DNA of 64,000 nt from a virus. Both the position numbers and the translations under genes were made by a program. Shown piece after piece: positions 57,983 through 64,000 of the stretch. The notes under the pieces are model-generated. The model was not told the DNA's origin, ran no database searches, and saw only the letters and a list, made by a program, of their open reading frames with translations. Location: the IMG/VR virus record IMGVR_UViG_3300021962_000059. One strand, 5' to 3'. The first letter of the stretch is position 1, and each line of letters starts with the position of its first letter.

Positions 57983-58007
57983 TCGTTAGTCCTGTTGGGT
58001 GAAATTA

Positions 58008-58160
58008 CTAGGAAATACCTACTGTTTCTTCTACTACGATACTGTGATGACCGTTGCGACTTAGAGCTTCTAAATAAGAAGCTAATCGACTCGCGTGCAT
58101 AGATGTTTTAATCTTGCAAGGCTTGTTTTTTCCATCTATTGTTCTAATTGTGTATCGCAT
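58008..58160 (-). CDS. Small protein (50 aa, below cutoff)
   Basis: MRYTIRTIDGKNKPCKIKTSMHASRLASYLEALSRNGHHSIVVEETVGIS. A 3 nt gap separates it from the upstream ORF. Confidence 0.35.
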   Translation of the reverse strand: MRYTIRTIDGKNKPCKIKTSMHASRLASYLEALSRNGHHSIVVEETVGIS

Positions 58161-58163
58161 CTG

Positions 58164-58322
58164 CTATCTCCAATTTTTTGAATTTTGCCTGCAATAATCT
58201 AAATGCGCCTTAAGTCTTTTGGCAGACTTTTGTTCATCTGTTCCTCTAATAAGTCCTTTGTTCTTATCAATGTCATCCTGACTTGATAATTTAGCCCATG
58301 CTTTCTTTTTTTCTTCTGTCAT
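58164..58322 (-). CDS. Small basic protein (52 aa, below cutoff)
   Basis: MTEEKKKAWAKLSSQDDIDKNKGLIRGTDEQKSAKRLKAHLDYCRQNSKNWR. Tightly packed between its neighbours. Confidence 0.35.
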   Translation of the reverse strand: MTEEKKKAWAKLSSQDDIDKNKGLIRGTDEQKSAKRLKAHLDYCRQNSKNWR

Positions 58323-58324
58323 AA

Positions 58325-58513
58325 TTACACCTTTACTGTTTCAAGTCCACGCTGTTCTAAGATTTTATTATACTCTTTGATTTTCGAGTATAAAACCTCT
58401 CGTTTTTGTTGTGCGGTTTCCCCAGATTCTTGCTTAGAACTTCGATATTGTCCCGCGTAAAAATTAGCGTAATAACTAATTTTAGCAGTGTCTATATTTG
58501 CAACAAGCTTCAT
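58325..58513 (-). CDS. Hypothetical protein (62 aa)
   Basis: Intact ORF with a heptamer-type leader and a TAAGGAG SD. Confidence 0.45.
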   Translation of the reverse strand: MKLVANIDTAKISYYANFYAGQYRSSKQESGETAQQKREVLYSKIKEYNKILEQRGLETVKV

Positions 58514-58542
58514 AATTTTCTCCTTAATTCATTGTTGTTTTT

Positions 58543-58562
58543 AACTAATAACTGATAACTAA
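58543..58562 (-). repeat. Heptamer repeat leader
   Basis: Minus strand reads TAGTTAT CAGTTAT TAGTTAA AAACAAC AATGAAT TAAGGAG. Confidence 0.75.
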
Positions 58563-58593
58563 ATCCAATTAATTTTTCCACCTTGCCCGAACA

Positions 58594-58836
58594 TCATATG
58601 TATAAAGCATACATATAAATTGGGTCAGGATTATCTGGTGGTTCATACATTTGATCGTAGGCAGCCTCAATGTCAGAATCTTCAATGTCACCATTAATTA
58701 AATGGTCAATCAAAATAGCAGCCATGTTTTCAGCTTCTTCTTTGGTTAATTGAAGGCCTAAGTCACTCCAATGATCAGTTGCATACTCAAGAATGTATTT
58801 AACTAATTCATCGACTTTATCTTGCAATTTACTCAC
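58594..58836 (-). CDS. Acidic hypothetical protein (80 aa, GTG start)
   Basis: An AGGAGG SD lies 5 nt before GTG 58836. It is downstream of a consensus promoter. Confidence 0.5.
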   Translation of the reverse strand: MSKLQDKVDELVKYILEYATDHWSDLGLQLTKEEAENMAAILIDHLINGDIEDSDIEAAYDQMYEPPDNPDPIYMYALYI

Positions 58837-58862
58837 GATTTCCTCCTTGATTCATTACTTAA

Positions 58863-58891
58863 ATCTTACATTATTCTACTAGAATTGTCAA
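58863..58891 (-). promoter_or_regulatory. Consensus promoter cTTGACAATTC-N-TAAGAT
   Basis: -35 TTGACA (58891-58886), 17 bp spacer, -10 TAAGAT (58868-58863). Confidence 0.6.
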
Positions 58892-59091
58892 GAAATTTCT
58901 TGAAAATCTTCTTTTCTAAAACAGTAAAATTGTTCTCCTTTTGTGAGGTGATCGATTGATTCAAAATGGTAGTAGATTCCTATGGCAGTCTTAATAATTC
59001 CCAGTGGTTTGCACTGAGGAAAAATACGACCATAGGAATTGACACGATAAACTTTTTCAGGGTATCGAGAGGGAATATATTGTCCAATCAT
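58888..59091 (-). CDS. Hypothetical protein (67 aa from MIGQYIPS...)
   Basis: Start moved to ATG 59091. The first 10 codons of the track ORF are the translated T-arm of the tRNA-like element. Confidence 0.45.
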   Translation of the reverse strand: MIGQYIPSRYPEKVYRVNSYGRIFPQCKPLGIIKTAIGIYYHFESIDHLTKGEQFYCFRKEDFQEIS

Positions 59092-59092
59092 A

Positions 59093-59294
59093 GGTACTAG
59101 AGACGGGAATTGAACCCGCAAAACTTAATTAAATCTACTCCTGACGAAACGCCCTTCCCTTACTCAATCTTTGCCAAGTTCGGTGGATTCGCAAATTTCA
59201 GTTTTGAAACAAAAAATAAAGGTATTTTTTGTATTAAGTCCCTTTTCGGTTGAAGGCTCCGTTTCACAGCCTTTAGCTACCAAGCTACTCTAGC
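59093..59294 (-). ncRNA. tRNA-like RNA with a ~130 nt internal insert
   Basis: 5' GCTAGAG-TA-(AGCT-TGGT-AGCT). 3' GCGGG-TTCAATT-CCCGT followed by CTCTAGT-A-CC. The 7 bp acceptor pairing begins with G1.U72, and U8 and A9 are present. The predicted TSS of the upstream promoter falls on the first acceptor base. Confidence 0.5.
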
Positions 59295-59300
59295 ACTTCA

Positions 59301-59329
59301 ATCCTATCAGAGGCTTCTGAAATTGTCAA
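59301..59329 (-). promoter_or_regulatory. Promoter TTGACA-N17-TAGGAT driving the tRNA-like RNA
   Basis: -35 at 59329-59324, 17 bp spacer, -10 at 59306-59301. Predicted +1 is about 59294. The -35 begins 6 nt after the primase stop. Confidence 0.6.
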
Positions 59330-59334
59330 TCCTA

Positions 59335-62220
59335 TCAGGTACTTATATCCTGTAGATAACAGTTAGAAAATGGAATTGTAAAAGCGATCACAGACCCATT
59401 TAAGATAGTTTCTACCCTCAAAAGCCATTGATTGTCAAAAGTCACTTCGATAACTTTTCCGACTGCTCTTGGTGGGATAGTTCGCTCTCCTATCTCTATA
59501 GATGCACCCGTTCGCACTAATACCCTTTCTTTTTCAAGATCAGGAAGACTATCAATGTGTACACCATCAGCCGAGAACTCATCGACTGGCTCCGATTCAA
59601 CTTCTACTATCTCAGGGTTAGAGATCGGTTCATTTTTTGGAGTAGGAGTGGGAATCTGGACAATTTCCTCTTTTATTTCTGATTGATATTCCAGAGATTC
59701 GGGTTCTTCTATCTCAAAAGCTTCTAATTCTTTTGGCTCTTGATAGCGCAGTATCATGCCCCTTGATTTGACCTCTAATCGTCCATAGCCAGCTTGTTCT
59801 AACTGAGTAAGTAGGGTGCGGGCAATAGAGGTGTTTACTTTTTCCCCGTTAATTTTACGCCCGCCGAATTTTTGGGCAACTTCCCGGGGTTTAATCTGTC
59901 CTGCGCTTTTGACAATCTCCCATATCTCGGATAAGATTCCCTGTACCGGATTCTCATCCTGAGAAGTAACCCCTTGAATTGTCAAGAATTGACTGATATA
60001 GAAGTCAGTCATCTTAGCAGCTTTTTTAGCTGTTTGTACTGGTATTTTATAGAGGTCGGTATTATCTGGATCAAATATCCAGTTCAATAGATGGATTGCC
60101 AGAGTAAGCCTTAAGAAAGTCTTCATCTGTTTCCCTATATAAGAAGCAAATGATGGATTAATCGCCCGATACTTTTTGATAAGCATCTCGTAATGATACT
60201 TAATACCGAAGGCATAATCCTCTCCAGTTTCGGTAAACCAACAATTATAAGGATCGACGATTCCATCTTCATCAGCTTCTAGATTAATCCCGCTGATTTG
60301 ATTGATAATATTTTGGATGCACTCTTGAATCGAGTTAGGGTCTTCTGGCGGTCTCCCACGTTGAGGATCGAGGGGTTCATGCAATAGGAAAAGAAACCGA
60401 GAAACCAATCCATCTACATCATTAGATAGGTCTAAGTATTTTTGTACTTTCTGTATCTGTATCCCACCTAATATATTGATAGTTTGCCCATTCAGGAAAT
60501 AGCGATTTTCCTCTTTTACCCTATCAAAAGTATTTTGTACTGGATCATTCCAAGATGATAATAATCGTTGCCGGTCATTACCTTTACCGCCCGACCGGTA
60601 TTGATTTAAGCCTTCAAATAATCCCGTTAACTCATCCGCTACCCACACCCCACCTTGCCAACGAGGTTGAGTGGACATCGTTTTCAGGACACCATCGAAA
60701 GTTCCTTCGTCATAAAACCAGCGACGGGATTGACAGTTTTCTTTTTCGTAAAGACTAGGATTTACTTCAGCGTTTTCTTTGTGTATGCTACGCTCTTCGC
60801 GGGTCATTTCTGCCCATTCTGCTTTTAATTCTTTTAGCCTAGCTTGCTTTTTAGAGAGCCTTTCTAACTCATCTAAGTCCTTTCTTTTTAATACCTTGTA
60901 AATTTCTTTTTGAGTAGTAGTTTTCCCACTACTTACACCACCAGCATCAGCACAATAAAAAATCGGGTATTCTTTCCAGCACTCCCTTTCCCTTGCAGTA
61001 GTTCGGAGGTTAACTGCAAATCGACTACCTAAGATAGCCCCTAATATTGGCCATAGGGAGTGTAGCAATCGGATTGGGGGCTGGTTAAGTGTTCTGGCGC
61101 GGGATATGATTGCCTCAGCTAAAGGTTGGGGTAATATTTGAAAAAGATCAATCTCTTTTTTCTGATAATGCTTACCCCTTAAAAAACCCTCTAATCCTGT
61201 TTTAATAGCGTCCCCTTCCGCTATTTCTGTTTTACGAATTTCGATTAAATGCCGTATTTCTGTTGGCTTTTTACCAGTGGCTTTTGCCCATAAATCGACT
61301 TTTTCTTGCCATTGGGTTCTAGTGATTTCCTCTTGTCCAATACAGCCGTCAATGGCTGTTATTAAGTCTTGGAAAGTCATAGTTTCTGTTACTGTGACTT
61401 CCTTCTCTTTTTTCTCCTTTACTTCTTTTGGTTTGTCAACTATCGAGGCTAATAGTTCTTTAAGATCAATTTTCTTTTCCTCAATCCAGTTGATGATATC
61501 TACCCCCTGAGAATCTGGCAAGTGATTCCATATAAGAGAGTCTGGATAGGCATAAAGCCATTTTGCTTCTGGGAAATCTTGATAAATTTTCTGGCAGTGA
61601 GCTACTCCCCCTTTGTCACGGTCCGGGCATAAAACTAATTTTGCTCCCTTTAAAGCTTCTGTGTGAGACGGTTGCCATTTCTTTGATCCGCCTATATTGC
61701 AAGTGGCAACTAATCCAAAAGATTCAAGCTTTTCTACTTTAGTCTCACCCTCGACTATATAAATCGGAGTTCCTTCCTTGATAGCCTTTTCTAGGCGATC
61801 TGCGTGGTAAAGAGGTATATTTTTGTACTCAATATCACCTATGCCCCACTTCCAGTTTTTACCATTATCTGTAGAGTGCTGTTGTTTTATATCCTTTTTC
61901 CAAATACCATCTTCTTTGTAATCCTTCCGGTACACACGGACTCTCACCCCATTGGCAAGAGGGGGATAAAGGAAGTATTGGGTTTTTTCTTCTTTATAGG
62001 CAGAAAATTTGACTTCTTTTTTAAGATAGTAGAGCGGTGTACCCTCACTATCTACTTTGCTCGATTTTTCCCATCCTGGTGCGGGGTCATAGTTTCGTTT
62101 GCAGACTGAGATGGTATTGCCGTCATCGGCTACATACATATAGCACCAATCGGGCTTGCCACAGTGGGGGCAAGGATTGTTTTTGTCGATCTTGACACGG
62201 TTAGAGTTTTGTGTTACCAT
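59335..62220 (-). CDS. Primase-helicase (zinc finger, TOPRIM, DUF3987-like P-loop domain)
   Basis: CPHCGKPDWC, TOPRIM motifs IVEGETKVEKL and CPDRDKGG, and the P-loop DAGGVSSGKTT. 961 aa. Confidence 0.8.
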   Translation of the reverse strand: MVTQNSNRVKIDKNNPCPHCGKPDWCYMYVADDGNTISVCKRNYDPAPGWEKSSKVDSEGTPLYYLKKEVKFSAYKEEKTQYFLYPPLANGVRVRVYRKDYKEDGIWKKDIKQQHSTDNGKNWKWGIGDIEYKNIPLYHADRLEKAIKEGTPIYIVEGETKVEKLESFGLVATCNIGGSKKWQPSHTEALKGAKLVLCPDRDKGGVAHCQKIYQDFPEAKWLYAYPDSLIWNHLPDSQGVDIINWIEEKKIDLKELLASIVDKPKEVKEKKEKEVTVTETMTFQDLITAIDGCIGQEEITRTQWQEKVDLWAKATGKKPTEIRHLIEIRKTEIAEGDAIKTGLEGFLRGKHYQKKEIDLFQILPQPLAEAIISRARTLNQPPIRLLHSLWPILGAILGSRFAVNLRTTARERECWKEYPIFYCADAGGVSSGKTTTQKEIYKVLKRKDLDELERLSKKQARLKELKAEWAEMTREERSIHKENAEVNPSLYEKENCQSRRWFYDEGTFDGVLKTMSTQPRWQGGVWVADELTGLFEGLNQYRSGGKGNDRQRLLSSWNDPVQNTFDRVKEENRYFLNGQTINILGGIQIQKVQKYLDLSNDVDGLVSRFLFLLHEPLDPQRGRPPEDPNSIQECIQNIINQISGINLEADEDGIVDPYNCWFTETGEDYAFGIKYHYEMLIKKYRAINPSFASYIGKQMKTFLRLTLAIHLLNWIFDPDNTDLYKIPVQTAKKAAKMTDFYISQFLTIQGVTSQDENPVQGILSEIWEIVKSAGQIKPREVAQKFGGRKINGEKVNTSIARTLLTQLEQAGYGRLEVKSRGMILRYQEPKELEAFEIEEPESLEYQSEIKEEIVQIPTPTPKNEPISNPEIVEVESEPVDEFSADGVHIDSLPDLEKERVLVRTGASIEIGERTIPPRAVGKVIEVTFDNQWLLRVETILNGSVIAFTIPFSNCYLQDIST
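62192..62220 (+). promoter_or_regulatory. Possible plus-strand promoter TTGACA-N17-TACCAT inside the primase 5' end
   Basis: -35 at 62192-62197. The -10 at 62215-62220 is the complement of the primase start codon region. Confidence 0.35.
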
Positions 62221-62226
62221 AGCTTT

Positions 62227-62276
62227 ATATGAAAAGTGTTTTGTTTACACGACCCGCCTCCAAGCGGGTTTTTTAT
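62227..62276 (+). ncRNA. Candidate ~50 nt cis-antisense RNA to the primase leader
   Basis: Ends in ACCCGC-CTCCAA-GCGGGT (62252-62269) plus TTTTTT, which is a terminator only on the plus strand. Confidence 0.35.
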
Positions 62277-62359
62277 TGGGTAGATGGAGTGGTAGGGAAC
62301 AAATCAAAGTATTTACTATCCTAGCAGAATTTTCTTGATCGGTAAATACTACACTTGCA

Positions 62360-62608
62360 CTACACCTGCAAATCCTTGCTACGCTTAGGTTTTAGGCTAT
62401 GCAAAGAGTTGTAAAACGCGGCTTCCCCCTCTTTCCTTGCATTGAGTTCGGTATCAACGGGAATGATAAGGTAGGATTTTAGTGCAATTTCGATCACCTC
62501 TGGAGTTTTCAAACCTAAAATCTCGGCTCTTTGGCACATCTCAGCCCATAACTCTTTTTTTACTCGGACTGACACAACTTTTATAGGGGCATCTTGATTA
62601 ACAGACAT
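62360..62608 (-). CDS. Ribbon-helix-helix (CopG/Arc-like) regulator
   Basis: IKVVSVRVKKELWAEMCQRAEILGLKTPEVIEIALKSYL fits the beta-alpha-alpha RHH pattern. Confidence 0.55.
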   Translation of the reverse strand: MSVNQDAPIKVVSVRVKKELWAEMCQRAEILGLKTPEVIEIALKSYLIIPVDTELNARKEGEAAFYNSLHSLKPKRSKDLQV

Positions 62609-62622
62609 AGATTAAGCTATGA

Positions 62623-62642
62623 AATACAGAATTTTCTGTATT
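62623..62642. promoter_or_regulatory. Operator palindrome AATACAGAA-TT-TTCTGTATT overlapping an extended -10 TGGTATAAT
   Basis: On the minus strand TGGTATAAT runs directly into the palindrome, 15 bp upstream of ATG 62608. Confidence 0.55.
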
Positions 62643-62668
62643 ATACCACAAAAGTTGAGTTTGGCTAT

Positions 62669-62702
62669 AAGTTTTTTGTAAGTTTTTTGTAAGTTTTTTG
62701 TA
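62669..62702 (+). repeat. Three tandem 11 bp repeats TAAGTTTTTTG
   Basis: ctaTAAGTTTTTTGTAAGTTTTTTGTAAGTTTTTTGtaagg. The period is about one helical turn. They overlap the -35 region of the plus-strand promoter (-10 TAAGAT at 62711-62716). Confidence 0.8.
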
Positions 62703-62743
62703 AGGTAGTGTAAGATAAGGGTATCTTATCAAAATATGATTTT

Positions 62744-63349
62744 ATGGCTACACCACGGTTTAATAGTGACGGGACACCTCGCAAGCGAGTCAAGGCTTCG
62801 GCTCTGACAGAAAAAGGTATAGTGCGAATGGCTGGCACTATCAAGGGAAAGCGGCTAAGCTTGGGCATGACTCAAGCTGAGTTTACCGAGTGGATATTGA
62901 AAGAAGGTAAGCGGTTGGGCTTGCCTGGCACAGAATTTTCTAATGGCGCAATTCAGAACTGGGAGCTAAAAAATATCGCTAGTTGCCCTGATCTAGGGAA
63001 TATGCGGCTGTTGGCTGCTGTATTTGGGCTTGATACGGATTCTTTTGTGAACTATCTTAATGGTGATTGGCCGACAATTCAGGATTTTCTCAAAGACCCA
63101 ATCAATCAAAAAAAGGATTGTGTTAAGAATCCTAATCTAATCCCGGAACTTTTTCAGGAAGCTGATACTCAGGTCAAGGCAAAACTTGTAATCAAAGAAG
63201 TCGAGTCTCTTTATTCAAAACTGGATGAGTTACAAAAAATGATTAAAGAGATCGATCTAGAGGATGTAAAGTCTTTTCTGTGTTCCGCCCCAAAGGAATT
63301 ACAGAAAGAAGTTTACCAATATTTACAGGAGAAACTAATCGGAGCGTAA
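62744..63349 (+). CDS. CI-like XRE-family repressor candidate (201 aa)
   Basis: HTH KGKRLSLGMTQAEFTEWILKEG...NGAIQNWELKN. Divergent from the RHH gene. Confidence 0.55.
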   Translation: MATPRFNSDGTPRKRVKASALTEKGIVRMAGTIKGKRLSLGMTQAEFTEWILKEGKRLGLPGTEFSNGAIQNWELKNIASCPDLGNMRLLAAVFGLDTDSFVNYLNGDWPTIQDFLKDPINQKKDCVKNPNLIPELFQEADTQVKAKLVIKEVESLYSKLDELQKMIKEIDLEDVKSFLCSAPKELQKEVYQYLQEKLIGA

Positions 63350-63391
63350 CAGAAAAAACAGAGGGTTAACCCTCTGTTTTTTCTTTGAAAT

Positions 63392-63754
63392 TCATTCAAA
63401 CATATCATTTGTTGCTTGATATGTCCTAACTGGAGTAAATCCTTCTTTATCTTTTCGGTTAATTCCGTAGGCACTCAAGTACGGACCACAAAGGGGAACA
63501 ACTTCTAGATGTCTGTAATAATTCTCTAAGTTCCATCGGCTACCATCAGAAAATTCGTAAACTGTATATCCGTAAACTATTTCAATTTTTTCTACACTCC
63601 CAAGTATCCTTTTAGTGTGTTTATTTCTAAAAATCTTTTTTTCTGCCCGTTGTTTTTCTTTTTCTATTTTTTCTGGACTCAGATGTACGGGGTCAGGACA
63701 AGGCCACTCTATCTCACGGGCGGGACAATCTAAAGCCACAAAATTTAAAAACAT
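63392..63754 (-). CDS. Hypothetical protein (120 aa)
   Basis: Intact ORF with a heptamer-type leader and a TAGGAG SD. Confidence 0.45.
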   Translation of the reverse strand: MFLNFVALDCPAREIEWPCPDPVHLSPEKIEKEKQRAEKKIFRNKHTKRILGSVEKIEIVYGYTVYEFSDGSRWNLENYYRHLEVVPLCGPYLSAYGINRKDKEGFTPVRTYQATNDMFE

Positions 63755-63788
63755 AATGAGTTACTCCTAATTCATTTGATTTTTTGAC

Positions 63789-63848
63789 TAATTACTGATC
63801 ACTTACTTCTGATAACTGACGACTTACTTCTGCTATCTGATAACTAAG
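63789..63848 (-). repeat. Heptamer-type repeats, partly translated as the C-terminus of the upstream ORF
   Basis: The minus strand reads ...CTTAGTTATCAGATAGCAGAAGTAAGTCGTCAGTTATCAGAAGTAAGTGATCAGTAA. Confidence 0.75.
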
Positions 63849-64000
63849 AATTTGCATATCAAATGTCTTGCACTCTATCTCAATTAATAAAACTTTAATC
63901 GTTTCTAATGCACATCTTGCTTCTACACAGTCTAAAGACGCTAATTTATCGAGCATCTGTTTATAGAGGATAGCTTTTTCCTTTTTATTGAAGCCACTAG
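63792..64000 (-). CDS. Partial ORF (N-terminus beyond the window end)
   Basis: The frame is open from the window edge to TAA 63792-63794: ...KEKAILYKQMLDKLASLDCVEARCALETIKVLLIEIECKTFDMQILSYQIAEVSRQLSEVSDQ*. Confidence 0.4.
   Translation of the reverse strand, partial: SGFNKKEKAILYKQMLDKLASLDCVEARCALETIKVLLIEIECKTFDMQILSYQIAEVSRQLSEVSDQ

Noticed and set aside
59093-59294. tRNA-like element as an attP remnant of integration into a host tRNA gene
   Set aside because: Both the 5' and 3' acceptor strands are present, and a dedicated promoter places +1 on the first acceptor base. No integrase gene is in the window. An att core would normally carry only the 3' part of the tRNA.
59975-59990. GAATTGTCAAG promoter box inside the primase gene
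   Set aside because: No acceptable -10 element lies at 16-18 bp on either strand. It is probably a chance or vestigial occurrence.
62665-62868. Minus-strand ORF 62665..62868 (67 aa) spanning the switch region
   Set aside because: It overlaps the promoter repeats and the 5' end of the CI-like gene in antisense. It has no RBS, and its basic, low-complexity translation looks spurious.

Overview
AT-rich, gene-dense segment of a tailed dsDNA phage, mostly coded on the minus strand. It is probably a cyanophage of a filamentous, Nostocales-like host. Two things support that: a phage-borne NblA that closely resembles Anabaena/Nostoc NblA as I recall it, and STRR-like heptamer repeats between genes. 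No integrase, CRISPR array or rRNA is visible. Contents from left to right: (1) Tail module: tape measure (runs off the left edge), a G/GT chaperone pair with an A AAA AAC -1 slippery site, tube protein and an HK97 gp10-like protein. (2) An FGE-sulfatase gene broken by one in-frame TAG. (3) An early region in which six genes each carry a near-identical ~95 bp promoter-operator-leader cassette. (4) Two inverted iteron arrays (12.6-13.0 kb and 23.8-24.4 kb), each next to one of two paralogous DNA-binding proteins. They bracket a block holding terS, terL (P-loop intein with a LAGLIDADG endonuclease), two HigA-type antitoxins without toxins, DUF6876-like proteins, Cro-like and PadR regulators, and a degenerate tRNA(CAU). 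(5) A plus-strand fibre/receptor-binding operon. (6) Class Ia RNR (nrdA, nrdB), a DUF4346-ThyA-like fusion and nblA. (7) RusA and the head module (MCP, protease, MuF-like, portal), interrupted by a DNA methyltransferase. (8) GH19 endolysin, a GTA-like hub fusion and fibres. (9) An SF2 helicase and a primase-helicase, separated by a 5.2 kb tandem array of 11 intact and 1 truncated diversified small paralogues. (10) An RHH / CI-like divergent switch. The paralogue array is my best candidate for an undescribed system. Other notable signals are phased CAGTTAT heptamer leaders, a promoter-driven tRNA-like RNA with a ~130 nt insert, a structured ncRNA candidate upstream of terS, and candidate antisense RNAs. 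All functional calls rest on motifs read by eye and on gene order. No database search was run.
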